From: a virus
Virus record (IMG/VR): IMGVR_UViG_3300028786_000006
Span: 98,342-162,341 of that record
Strand: one strand, 5' to 3'
Length of the DNA stretch: 64,000 bases
The notes under the pieces: model-generated
Database searches by the model: none
Told to the model about the DNA's origin: nothing
The model's input: the letters and a program-made list of their open reading frames with translations, nothing else
Part shown: positions 37,731 to 49,170 of the stretch, piece after piece
Position numbering within the stretch: position 1 is the first letter of the stretch
Layout of the letters: every line of letters begins with the position of its first letter
Position numbers and translations under genes: made by a program

Positions 37731-38285
37731 ATGACCACGCCCACTCAAGCGGTACTCAACGCCCTGCTCCACATTGAACTCCTGGCTTCAACCCCCGAAG
37801 GCCTCGTGGAACTGAATCGACCATCCCTGGGCCTCTGCTCAACCATGATCGATGTTCTGCATCTACAGCTCGACAACCAGGACACCGTACTCCCTGAGTT
37901 TGAAGCTGCCATCGCCCTGTGGGATAACACTCAGAAGCATCTGTTCATGTGTTGGCCCGAGTTCAGCGGGAATGAGACCTACCCTATCAAGGTTGAACCA
38001 TTCACCACACCGATGAGCGAGGACATGTTGATCGACCCGGTTGATCAGTTCAACATGTCAGTGACCATGTACGGCCACAACGCCTATGGGGAAGCCCGGT
38101 TGCGCCTGGTGTCCTACATGGTCAAGAACTTCAGGATGGCACTGACCGAATACCAGGTCATCTGTGACAGGTCGAACAACCCAGAAGTCACCGTGTCCCC
38201 TACTCTGGTCGAGTGTGATTCTTGCCCTACCTCATCGGGTTGTGTGAACACTTGCATGAAGGCCCCGACAGGAGGTGCTGCATGA
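37731..38285 (+). CDS. Hypothetical protein (W.EFSG...P family, paralog of 45688)
   Basis: GLC...WPEFSG..TYPI...AYGEARLRL. Confidence 0.6.
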   Translation: MTTPTQAVLNALLHIELLASTPEGLVELNRPSLGLCSTMIDVLHLQLDNQDTVLPEFEAAIALWDNTQKHLFMCWPEFSGNETYPIKVEPFTTPMSEDMLIDPVDQFNMSVTMYGHNAYGEARLRLVSYMVKNFRMALTEYQVICDRSNNPEVTVSPTLVECDSCPTSSGCVNTCMKAPTGGAA

Positions 38286-38722
38286 TCACCTGGGCCTACT
38301 CCAAGACCGCCAACGGGGGTTATCAGGTATCCACCAAGGGCGACACCCGCTTCAGTGCCCTGCTCGCCAAGATGCCAGATGGTCGAACTATCGAGGAATG
38401 GTATCAGTGTGACATCAAGGGTTACGATGTAGGTGGCACTGACTGGAAGCTGGGCAAGGGCAAACCACCCCTCCACGGCATCCCTCGGGAGCACCTCTGG
38501 GAGATGTACCTGGGCCTGTGGCGTATATGGGCGGTACACAACCACCTCCATATGCAGGACCTCCTGCTCCGTGCACGCCAGCATAACAACGTGTTGGTGG
38601 ACAGCTTTGCCTCAGGGAACATCAACCAGGCCCGCGCCCTGGCTCAGATACTGAACGACTGGTTCATCAGTGCCCCTGAGCGTACGCCCTCACTGTCCAT
38701 GTTCGAACTTTGCCACGAATAA
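38282..38722 (+). CDS. Conserved phage protein (Y.VS.KGD.RFSAL...DGRTIE family)
   Basis: Recognisable phage motif; GGAGG SD. Confidence 0.65.
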   Translation: MITWAYSKTANGGYQVSTKGDTRFSALLAKMPDGRTIEEWYQCDIKGYDVGGTDWKLGKGKPPLHGIPREHLWEMYLGLWRIWAVHNHLHMQDLLLRARQHNNVLVDSFASGNINQARALAQILNDWFISAPERTPSLSMFELCHE

Positions 38723-38800
38723 AAATAGTTTGAACTTGGGGGTTGCGTTGACCAATAGTCTGAAGTATACTGACCTCATTGAACAGCACATCCACTGAGG
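38721..38800 (+). promoter_or_regulatory. Early promoter cassette
   Basis: AAAATAGTTTGAACTTGGGGG-TTGCGT-17-TATACT; CACTGAGG at 38793. Confidence 0.8.
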
Positions 38801-38808
38801 GATAGATC

Positions 38809-40255
38809 ATGACTCGCATCACCACCAACAGCCCAGCTGAGACCATCCACTCGTCCATGCGCCACACCGCCAGCATCGCCTGTGTCAGCACCCACCACTT
38901 CGACAAGGCAACCGCTGGCCTGATCCTCGCCGAAGAGATCGAAGCGCTGATGTCGTACGACCACCTGTCCGCCGAAGAGCTTCGTGAGGAGCTGGGGAAG
39001 AAGATCGAACAGTACCACGCCACCAAGGCCGAAGCCAAGAAGCGCTTCCTGACCCGTGGCGCCAAGATCGATGCCACCATCTACACCGATGCATCGTAAG
39101 GGAGTCTGAACATGAAAGCTCGCAAGATGATCGCGGTACTGGTGTTCGGTGAATGGGTCATCGTTGACCGTGAGTGCTTCCGTGAACACGGCCCACTGAA
39201 CGTATGCGCCCGCTGCGTCGCCTAACCCGGAGGATCTGAACATGAACATCAAATTGACGGGCGGCCTGGGTAACACCGGGTTCACCCATGGGCACCATCA
39301 GGCGACCCACCGCATCTGGCTCGAAGCCAACCAAGGGGCGACCGTGGCCGCCACCCGCCATAACATGAACTACTACGCCATCGCTGAAGGTGAGGCCAAG
39401 GGCGAACTGGTTCATGTCTACGAAGCACGGGTGGTCTGAACATGTCTGACCAACTGAAGGCCAAGCTCCTCAGCGAGAACGCTGGCAACAAGAACGTGTA
39501 TGTGGTGGCTATCCAGCTCCGAGATCCCCGAGGCGCCCCGATCTGGTGCGATGTGTACCGTAACGCCAACCGTGAGGCTGCGGAGCGCTTCGTAGGCCAG
39601 AACGGCTTCATGCTGGTATCCCGGGAGTGTCGCTGATGACCACTGTGACGTTCGAAAGGGTCAAACGCGAAGAGGCCGGCCGCGCCTGGGCTGTAATGAA
39701 GGATGGCGTCATGACCAACCTTCAGGTGACCTCCCACCAGCGCGTCTACTGGGTTCGTGAGTATAGCGGCGACAGCTGGAAGACCCTGACCGCCCATGAC
39801 TCGCTCGATAAGGCCAAGGCCGCTGCCAAGCGCAAGGTGTCCCAGTGAGCCAGGCCCTCCCTGTGGAGAACACCGTCCGGGGTTGGCACTTGGTGTTCGC
39901 TCATACCCGGTCACACTACTACGTGGACAGCCATAGCCTGTGTGGTCGCCTCACCGTGACCCTGGGCACCAAGCTGTTCAATGAATTACACCAGTCTGGA
40001 TTCAACTGTGCCATCTGCGCGAAGAAGCGTGAGCGCCTGTTTCCCAACGAAGTCTGAACACAAGGAGTACATCATATGACCATCATCACCGCTGAAGAGT
40101 TCGAGAAGCGCACTGGCCGCCCGCCGATCGAGGACGACCTGGAGCGCTCCAACTGCCCCAAGGCCGGGCAACCGGGCCACTCGAGCTGCGGATGGAACGC
40201 CGAGCGTGACCTGCCAATGTTCATGGGTCGTGGCGCGACCAACCCACAGTCCTGA
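38809..40255 (+). other. Operon of seven small early ORFs: 38809-39099, 39112-39225, 39242-39439, 39442-39636, 39636-39848, 39845-40057 (Zn-finger), 40076-40255
   Basis: Tightly coupled ORFs with SD/TGAAC-ATG junctions; ends at a terminator at 40267-40299. Confidence 0.65.
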
Positions 40256-40300
40256 ACACATCCACCCCGCGCCCTGGCCTAACGGTCGGGGCGTTTTTAT

Positions 40301-40341
40301 TTGAACCAGGGGTTGTATGTTCAGAGTCTTGGTTGTATCAT
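40301..40341 (+). promoter_or_regulatory. Early promoter
   Basis: TTGAACCAGGGG-TTGTAT-17-TATCAT with GTTCAG in the spacer. Confidence 0.7.
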
Positions 40342-40375
40342 GGGCTCATTGAACACCTACCCCGGAGTACACGAC

Positions 40376-40606
40376 ATGACCTACGCAGAAGAACTTTCCA
40401 AGCTCAGCCGTGACGACTTCTTCACACGTATCGATCGCGATATGCGCGACGCCGACCTGGAGTTTGCAGAGGTCTGCACTAAGCGCTCCGATGAGGAATT
40501 GGTTGACACCCTCAACTATTGGAAAGATCGCGAAGGTCGTTTCGCCGCTAGCCGCGCAGCCATTGTGAAGGCCGAGATCAACGACCGGATACATGGTAAG
40601 ATCTAA
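40376..40606 (+). CDS. Hypothetical early protein
   Basis: GGAG SD; has its own promoter. Confidence 0.65.
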   Translation: MTYAEELSKLSRDDFFTRIDRDMRDADLEFAEVCTKRSDEELVDTLNYWKDREGRFAASRAAIVKAEINDRIHGKI

Positions 40607-40677
40607 CCATCCACCAAACCCCGAGCCCCTTCACTGGGGCTTTGTGCTACCTGACGATCCACTATGAGGAACTCTGA

Positions 40678-43600
40678 ATGTCTGTAACACTCGCTCAACT
40701 GCGTGAACTGAAGCCCATGACCCGAGCCGAAGAGTTTGAATTGCGTGAGGCTGAGTCCAGGCGCCGCTTCCCCCTCAAGTGGGAGCTCCAGGTTGGTGAC
40801 CAGATCATCGCCACTGAAGACGCCCGCTACGAGAAGCACATCAGCGCTGAGCAGCATTACTCCCAGCGCGTGGGCCACATCATCCGTGTGAACAACCCCA
40901 AGATGAATGGGATCACTGGTGGTCACGGGATCTACGGCATGTCCCACACCGGGCGATCCATCCTGGGCTATGGCTCAAGCCTGAATGATGGCACCTACCG
41001 CCGGGCAACCCATGATGACGTAGGCTACATGGACACTCGTGAGGGCTGGATCAAGGTGCTCGGTGATGAAGCCAAGTCTGAGCGAATCCAGAGCTTCTGT
41101 TACGGCGTGGTTGCCTTGCTGGCTCTGGGTGCGTTAGCCTTGTCTCACCTCCAACACATCGGACTTTGAACCAACATGAATGCACTTGCGCTGTTCAAGA
41201 ATCAACAGGAGGCGACCATGACCCGCCTTCGCCAAGCCACGCACCTCTTCAATGAGCTGGCCCCGGCTACCCGTGAGCGCTTGATGCCGTTGATCCTGGC
41301 CGGTAGTAAGGGCGTCCCATTGAGCACCCTGACCAGCTATGAAGGTGAGTCCTTCGCCCGCTGGAAGGATGAACATGGCCTGATGCTTGAGGGGATGGGC
41401 TACCACCTACACCTGTCGGGGTTCACCAACGTCCGCCCGGCCCAGGTCTTCTGTACCATCGATGTCGGCTTCGTCCAGGACTTGGCCCTCTTTCAACAGC
41501 TGGTGGTGGAAGGCCGCCGTGACCGAGACCCACTATGGTGCTGATCAAACTGTGGAACCGATTGACCGGGCGCGACAAGCTGCTCGCACGAATCGATGAA
41601 CTGGAATCCCAGGTGTATGCCATGGAAGACCAGATCATCGGCCTTCAAGAGATTATGGAAGAACACGGAGAACCCGTATGACGCATTCGAATATGCCCAA
41701 GCAGTGGAAGCGCTGGTTCAAGAAAGCCGGCCTGAAGTCTGAATACAGCTCCAAGCTGGCCCGCAACTATGGTATCACGTACCTCAAGGGTCATGGACGC
41801 TACTGGCGCCTGGATGACGGCGGTTACCTTGACATGAGCGAGCGCTTCGAACAGTTTGATCGCTGGGCCAACAGCCTTGAGGCCAGTGTGCCAATGGATG
41901 CCAAGAACGAAGCTGGGTTCAGTAAGCTGGTCGAGCGCTTGCTCCCACCCTATGAGCGCCTGATGTTCCAGTACCGACACCGTGTCCTACGCATCAACGC
42001 GAAGGCCCTCGTGAAACAGTTGAAGAAGGTCAACTTGAACCAGGCTTTCGGGCGGATGGGGCGAGGTGCCGACGTCCTGTTGTACCTGGACTCCATCCCA
42101 GCCGAGCGCGCCGCTTCCCCTGCACAGATCGGCACCATCTGTTACGACGACTCTGATCTGTTCCACCCGCTGAGCGATGAAGCTGAGCAAGCCAGCCGCG
42201 CCAACATGCGTGTTCTGAAGCCCCGCCCCAAGGGTGAGATCGAACTGATCACCTGCGGTGTTGACAAAGGCCGCTCCATCTTCTTCGGCAACCCCCTCCC
42301 TCAGCACCTGAAGGGCCTGGTGGCGTTGCCTCCAATGTACCGTGGTGAACCCGGTCCGTCCGTCCAGGAGCAGATGGAAGAGCTGAAGCTGTGCATGGCC
42401 ACGACCCCTACCATCCAGCAGATCGCCGACGCCTGTAATGCTGGTATCATTCCTGAGGACCATGAACTGATGTTCACTGGGTCAGCCCCAGGTGTATCTG
42501 GTCGATGCGAACGCGACCGCCCACTGAGCGACCCAGTGCCAGACTCTGAACGTTTCAACCTTCGCCGTGAGTACCGCGACGCCCCGCTGGATGTCACGAC
42601 CCTGGGTTCCCGTGTCCGTGAGTACTTCCGCCCATGAGCCGTCAGATCTGGGTATGGGATGAGGGGCATTGCGGTGCCCTGGTATGTGTTGCCTCTGACC
42701 GCCAGGAAGCCGTGGACAAGTTCACTGAACAGAAGCCTGACTGGGACTTCAGCCTACCGAAGCAACGTGGCCAGCGCATGAAGTCCTATGAGCTCGATGA
42801 AGTCGCCGTGACCCGAGGGTATGAACCATGAACCATCCACCGATCGTCCTCCCTGACCCCGACTGGGTAGAGCTGGCCCGTATCGCCTCAGCTGACCCTA
42901 CGCATGCCTCTGCTGCCCCTGGAGCTGGCTTCGCGTCGTCGGCATTGTATATCAGCTGCCATCGTGGGCACCACATCTACGCGGCAACCGGCTCCGGCCC
43001 GTTCGTGTTTGGTGCTCACACTGTCAAGGCCCCCAACGACCTGGCCATCCATCTGAGCTCAGCCCTGTACTACTGTGATGGGCGCTGGTTCAACACTGCC
43101 TGGTCTGCCACCTGCTACATTGATGAGAAACTGTCGCCATGAACCCAACCAATCGCCAACTCGCTGAACGCATCGACTCCCTGCTGGCCCTGGATGAACG
43201 GGGTGCGCTTGTGCCCCACGGCTTGGGCGGCCTTGCCCGCTCGCTGCTGATCCAGTCCTCGTGTGCTCTGAAGGGCCTCCGCAAGATTAGTGCTGACATC
43301 CCAGCCGACCTGTTCATGCTGATCCAGGCCGAAGCAGATCAGCGAGGCGCCACCACTGACCAGACCTGTCGTGAGCTGTACTGTGAAGGCACCCTGATGT
43401 ACCAGCGGAAGTCTGAGCATTATGACCCCAACGAGTTCATGGAGCACTGGTACACCCGCTTCGCCCAGTACACCGGGGCTCCAGGCACCATCTACCTGGA
43501 GGTCAACGCCAAGCGCGCTCAGGCCGTCCATGGCATCGCCAACGCGATGTGCCGTGTGACCCCATCCATGAACACCATGATGATCGCTGCTGGCCTGTGG

Positions 43601-46056
43601 GCATCCAACGGAGTACGGCTATGATCTCCGTCGACTTTCTGTGTAATCGCATTCACATTGGTGAAATGTTCGACATCTATCTCATGGACCAGGTCATGAA
43701 GGCGCAACCTGTGCCCCAGGCGGGCTATGGGTACTTCGTGGCCAACATCACTGAAGGGTTCGCCCGGATGGCAGGCATGAAGCATCAGGAACTGAAGTCT
43801 TGGTACTTCTCGGCTCCTGATGGTGATGTAGCCGACGCCCTGCGTGAGCGGCTCCTGGGCGTTGACGGCGTGAGCGGAGTGGGGGTTATCGATGATCAAG
43901 TTCGATGAACACCTGGGCGTCCGCTACATGATTGACGATCAACACGATGGCCTGGGGCTGGTGCAGTGTCGCCACCTGCCACCGTTCAAGTTCGATAGCA
44001 TCGAGGAGTGCCACGCCGCCATTGAGGCCCGCGCTGCCCTGCCCACCCTTGAGCACACTGTTCATCTGGGTCAATGCGAACAGTTCGTGTACACCCGCTG
44101 GGCCAAGGACATGTTCGAACTTCAATGTCAGCTGGCCTCGCAGTTCAGCTCGTTCAAGGGGGAATGGACTGAGGTGGATGTTGAGCCCGGCTACCCTACT
44201 GGCTCAAGGAAGTTTCAGGTACGATGGCCCAACGAACGTTATGCACCGAGCCCAGTGCTCGTGATCACCAGAGGAGTTTGAAGATGTCCCACATATTGAT
44301 CCCTACCCACACGGCGACGGCGATGTCCCACCTATGGCCTGACGACATGGGCGACGACGGCTCTGGTCGCATGGGCTTCCTTCCCACGGTGCGGAACACT
44401 GTCAATGCCTTCAGGGAGTTCCTGGGCCGCCCCTTTACATGCGATGCCCCAGTCATCGCCTACGCTGACAAGGACGCCGCTCTGTGTGCCCCTGAGTTCG
44501 TCGAAGGCCAATGCGCGGAGCGCTTCAACCGGCCCCTGGTAGAGCTCGTTCACGTGGCCCGTTATAAGGCGATGTATGAGCGGTGTTCCAAGGAGAGCAT
44601 TGAGGAGGCTCGGAAGTATTACACGGCGTATCTTCGAGTCAGAGCCCTTGAGGACGCAGTGGCCAGTATTCTTGAAGACTCTGAACTGTGCGACAAGATG
44701 AACCCTATCCGTAGGGAAGCCCTGGAACTATTGATGACCAAGGAAGTCTGAACCATGAGCACTATCATAAAGGCGAAACAGCTGCACCAGCTGTCCATTG
44801 AATATGCCCGGAACACTGGGGTCGACCCGGTACGCCACGCCACCTTCCTGTTTGATGAGAAGCCTAGCCCTGAACAGATCACGGCCTTCCTTGAACAGAA
44901 CCTGAACACCTCGTACGTGGTTATGGACACCGCCAAGTGGGACACCGTGGATGTCTATGGGATACAGGCCCCTCCCCAATCCCGTTGCTGCTGTCCTCCC
45001 CAGGGCTTCACTGGTGCTTGGGGCGCTGGCCCTTGCCCTGTCCACCACGGTCTCCGCGCACGGGGGAATCTATAATGCCGAGCATCAATGGCGGTTCACA
45101 GTTTGATGACGACTACGCCCCGGCTTCGTGGGGTGATGAACCCAAGGCCCCGGTCACCCCGCCCGCCCCAGAAGTCGACCCAGATGAACTGGCCGGCTTC
45201 ATCAAGGTCGCCCAGGAACAGGGCCATGACTGCGAGCGCCGCTCCAATGGGGAGTTCGCGAACATCTACCTGAATGGTGCATGGCTGGGCTGGCAACAGC
45301 GCGCTCAGTACGACAACCCGGCTCTAGAGGTTTGGGTTGGTGCCATGCCTGAGTCCAACGGGAAGACCAACCACACGGCCATCCTGAAGCGCAAGGGTTC
45401 CCAGCTGTGGGACGAAGACGTCGCCATCACCATTGATCGTTCAGAGTATCCGGGGCGTGTTCAGTATGAAGCTGACCGCATGCGCTACCTGATTGGTGAG
45501 ATCGACAAAGAACCGTGCATCATGGACTACGACCCTGATGAACACAGTGGGTACGTGAAGCCCCCTGCCCAGCCGACCCAGGCTGAGGTGTTGCTGAAGT
45601 CGCTGTGGGATGACACCGGGTTGCGCTGTCTCATGCGCCCTGACCAGGCGCGTCGCGTCGCCCAACTGTTGGGTGTGGGGTGCGAATATGACAACTGAAT
45701 CGAAAGCCAAGATCCTGAGCATCCTTCAGAACCTGAAGGTCGTTGGCGAGGAGACTGACTTCCTGGATCGCGTTGGCCAGGGCATCTGCTACTACGTGAA
45801 GGAGAAGTTGGGCGGGAATAGCCGCATTGCCTCTGCCGATGTCAAGTATTGGGAACAAAGTCGGGAAGAGGCATTCATCGCCTGGGGGGAGTTCAGTGGC
45901 GACATCACCTTCCCTGTGGGCACCGCGCAAGACATCGGGTTGGGTCCGTTCGACCAATGGGTACGCCCGAAGGATTACCCTCGCTGGTCTGGTGGGGCCT
46001 ATGCTGAGGCGCGCTGGCGTCTTCTCGACTACCTCATTGAGTGGTATTCGAAATGA
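40678..46056 (+). other. Run of coupled hypothetical ORFs: 40678-41169, 41176-41544, 41535-41681, 41678-42637, 42634-42831, 42828-43142, 43139-43624, 43621-43908, 43892-44281, 44284-44751, 44755-45075, 45075-45698, 45688-46056
   Basis: ATGA/TAATG overlaps and SDs; no recognisable enzyme motifs. Confidence 0.6.
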
Positions 46057-46769
46057 TCACACCCGAGATGCGTGCAGAGTTCGAACGCACCAACGGCCGA
46101 GACCACCGACGCGTCCCTCCAAAGGGCAACAACTACACCGACCCTATGGCACAGGCAGACTGGGAATCGTTCCAGAGGGGATGGGAGGGAGCACTGAGGC
46201 TACACCCCCGCCAGGTGGAGACACCTGGGGCGAGAGAAGTATCTGGGGAATGGCCTGGACAACGAGTGTCGCCCAGGCTGAGGATGTTACTCGATGCGGA
46301 CGGTGATGTAGGACGACTCGTACCCGCGATCCATACGGCGGCCTGGGGTGTAGGATGGGAAGCGCTTGAGCATCAGACCAACTTCGAACTCTTTCTTGGT
46401 GCCTACGTTGAACTTCACCAGGGTGAAGCCTGCGTCCCGGTCGACCAGTTCAGCACCCGGCATGTTGAGGACAACAGCGGCGACTTCGCGGTACTTCTCA
46501 TATGCCTTGTTGGTGCCGATGTTGGTGACGTCCACCGGGCTGTGGCTCCAGGCGTAGATGGCAGGGAAGAACTGGTTCCCTGTGGTGCGCATCGGCTTGC
46601 CCCTGCCGGTGATGCTGATGTCTCTGTCCTGGCGCACCTTGTCGAAATCGAACTTGGTCTTCAACATCGCTTTCAGTTCAGTCTTGGTCATGCTGGTATC
46701 CCTCAGTGGATTTGTGTAACGTGGGCTCAGTATAGTCTGAACGTTGGGATCACGCAACCCCTTTCTTGA
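46053..46769 (+). CDS. Hypothetical protein; only the first ~70 codons look genuine, and the rest is the antisense of 46287-46691
   Basis: ATGA coupling; FE..Y....Q.DW motif; reads through a convergent gene. Confidence 0.4.
   Translation: MITPEMRAEFERTNGRDHRRVPPKGNNYTDPMAQADWESFQRGWEGALRLHPRQVETPGAREVSGEWPGQRVSPRLRMLLDADGDVGRLVPAIHTAAWGVGWEALEHQTNFELFLGAYVELHQGEACVPVDQFSTRHVEDNSGDFAVLLICLVGADVGDVHRAVAPGVDGREELVPCGAHRLAPAGDADVSVLAHLVEIELGLQHRFQFSLGHAGIPQWICVTWAQYSLNVGITQPLS
46287..46691 (-). CDS. Hypothetical early protein on an inverted cassette
   Basis: Minus-strand GGGG-TTGCGT-17-TATACT-GAGCCCA...CACTGAGG leader; strong codon bias. Confidence 0.75.
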   Translation of the reverse strand: MTKTELKAMLKTKFDFDKVRQDRDISITGRGKPMRTTGNQFFPAIYAWSHSPVDVTNIGTNKAYEKYREVAAVVLNMPGAELVDRDAGFTLVKFNVGTKKEFEVGLMLKRFPSYTPGRRMDRGYESSYITVRIE

Positions 46770-46923
46770 ACTTTCCGGTGGCTTGAAGTATGTCGCCAGT
46801 ACTGACCCAAGGTCAAGGGCCTATATTGGATACCCACCCACGGTTGACCCAGGCCGAGACCATTGTCCATTTGATCATACAATTCCTGTATGGCGAAACC
46901 CAGCAATCGAAGGAAGCTGCCTA

Positions 46924-47088
46924 ATGTACTATCAAGTTATCCCAATGCCTCTTGATCGCACTGACACCACTCACATGGTTGTTGATGTTCACTTCAAGCT
47001 GAGCGAGCCGTATGCAAATCAAGCCCTGGCGCAAGTGCGTGCCGATGAACTCAACGCGGAATACGATCGCGTTCTCGCTGTCCTGTAA
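46924..47088 (+). CDS. Hypothetical protein
   Basis: AAGGA SD. Confidence 0.5.
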   Translation: MYYQVIPMPLDRTDTTHMVVDVHFKLSEPYANQALAQVRADELNAEYDRVLAVL

Positions 47089-47095
47089 GGAAGTA

Positions 47096-47530
47096 ATGAT
47101 GAGCAAGTGTACCTGTTGTTTTCCTTGTGGTGGTACAGAGTCATGTTGCCCTAGCTCGCATATGAATCGGGTGTCGGTGCTCCGTGATGATCACACCTCT
47201 AAGACCATCGTACTCCAAGCCCAACGCCGCAACCGGGTCTATATCGCCGGCCCAATGACCGGCCTCCCCGACTACAACTTCCCAGTGTTCAACGAAGCCG
47301 CCCAGACTTTCCGTCGTGAAGGCTGGGTTGTTGAGAACCCAGCTGAGCATGGCGTGGTTGATGGTGCTACCTGGGCTGACTACATGGCCTATGACCTGAC
47401 CCGCTTGGGGACTTGCGGGGCGATCTATATGCTCCCAGGCTGGAAGAACTCCAAGGGTGCGGTCATTGAGCACGTCCTGGCCGAGCAGCTGGGCTTCGTT
47501 ATCATGTACGCACCGGGGCAACACGAATGA
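47096..47530 (+). CDS. DUF4406 (nucleoside 2-deoxyribosyltransferase-like) protein
   Basis: RVYIAGPMTGLPDYNFP.F, NPAE, IYMLPGW..SKGA..E. Confidence 0.85.
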   Translation: MMSKCTCCFPCGGTESCCPSSHMNRVSVLRDDHTSKTIVLQAQRRNRVYIAGPMTGLPDYNFPVFNEAAQTFRREGWVVENPAEHGVVDGATWADYMAYDLTRLGTCGAIYMLPGWKNSKGAVIEHVLAEQLGFVIMYAPGQHE

Positions 47531-47781
47531 GCGCTGTAGTCACCGAAGCCCAGCTCAAGCTCATGAAGCACGCCCTGGGGTATGCCGAGGATCGCCGTAC
47601 CATTCACCGCAACCGATACATCTCAGGCCCTGGACACTACGCCCTGGAAGACCTCCGTGAACTTGAGCGCCTGGGCTATATGGAAGAGCGGCGGCTCCCC
47701 CTGTTCGCTCACCCCGGGGACATCATGTTCGTCGTGACCCCGGCGGGTATCGAGTACCTGGAAGGGTTGATTCAAAAATAG
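47527..47781 (+). CDS. Small winged-helix-like phage protein
   Basis: HALG..RNRY..L..LGYM...F.VT.AG pattern. Confidence 0.55.
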   Translation: MSAVVTEAQLKLMKHALGYAEDRRTIHRNRYISGPGHYALEDLRELERLGYMEERRLPLFAHPGDIMFVVTPAGIEYLEGLIQK

Positions 47782-47782
47782 T

Positions 47783-47851
47783 TTGAACCTGGTGGTTGCG
47801 CGTTCAGAGTCTTTGGTTTACTATAAGCCTCATTGAACCAGCTCACTGAGG
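47783..47851 (+). promoter_or_regulatory. Early promoter cassette
   Basis: TTGAAC..TTGCGC-17-TACTAT; CACTGAGG at 47844. Confidence 0.75.
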
Positions 47852-48843
47852 AGCAGCACCATGGCACAGAAGACTGTCACCTTCGAAACTTGCCGTAAGG
47901 ACAACCACTGGGACAAACAGCGGTATCGTGTCGTCGTAACCGAAGTGCGGCCCAGCCATACCGGTAAGGGCGAATGGCCTCATATCGTGGACCTGGTCGA
48001 AGCATACGACCTCGACACTCTGGTAGAGTGGGCATCGAACCAGGACTTCCCCGAGGACACCATCATCAAGCACGTTCCTCTGAGCGACGAGGACAGCTAT
48101 GATACCGTGGAAGCCCGCCGCGCCTGGTACATCCTGAACTTCGGTTCCGTGCGCAGCTGGGCTATGTGGTCGGTGGCAACCAACTGGCGCATCCGTCGTC
48201 GCCTGCCCCGCATCACCAAGGCCGCCAAAGCCGCTGATTTGATGTTCACTCAGGAGGGCGTGTAACATGGCCACAACCGTGTATTATGAATGGGGCCTGG
48301 AGGAGCGCTACAAGACCGCCAGTGATGATCACGAAGAAGACGAGATCATCGACACCCACCACCGTGACACCTACAAGGCGCTCATGGGCGACCTGGCCCG
48401 CTTTGGTGCTGACCCAGAAGGCGACACCTACCAGGTCGTGGTGCTCATCCGTAACAGTGACCGCCAGGGCCGCTCCTGGGCCTACATGGAGGACGGTAAG
48501 CTCCCCAGCCACTTCCTGGACGCCTACGATGTTGAAGTGTGCCCTGTCCCGCAGCGCTACGTCATTGACGTTGCCGTATACACCCCAAACACCCCGTACC
48601 AGAAGAAGGAATATTGATCATGAAGCTGACCCTCCACCTGCAACACGTCGACGGCACCATCTCCACCGTTGAGATCGACCGCGACCGCCTGGACTTCGTC
48701 TCCATCATCAAGTATGAGGACAAGCTCTACATGTACCGTGGCCTGTCTGGTCCTCACTACAGCGTGGCCTGCTTCAGCCAGGTGCCCGCCCCCGTCGAAC
48801 TGTCAGCCATCACCTCAACTGAACCAACAAGGATCCGGCCTAC

Positions 48844-49170
48844 ATGAAACTCGCAACCCTGGGCCTGCTCATGACCCTTACGCTCCTTGCTGGTTGTGAG
48901 GAGCGTAAGCTACACTCTGAACAACGCATCACGATGGAAGTGGTGAAGATCAACCCTTCATCCAAGACCAACAGCACGGTCGACCTTCGTGAAGTGGCCA
49001 CCGGCTATGTGTACAAGCGCCAGCGCCTGGCATGCAGTAGCCAGAAGGCCAAGAACATCAAGATTGGCGGTCGCTGGGATATCACCGAGCAGACCTACCA
49101 TTACCCAGAGAGCAATCGGTTCACTTCTGAACTGGTCGGCACCCGCGCTATCTGCGATAAGAGCAACTGA
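48844..49170 (+). CDS. Putative lipoprotein
   Basis: MKLATLGLLMTLTLLAG-C lipobox. Confidence 0.7.
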   Translation: MKLATLGLLMTLTLLAGCEERKLHSEQRITMEVVKINPSSKTNSTVDLREVATGYVYKRQRLACSSQKAKNIKIGGRWDITEQTYHYPESNRFTSELVGTRAICDKSN

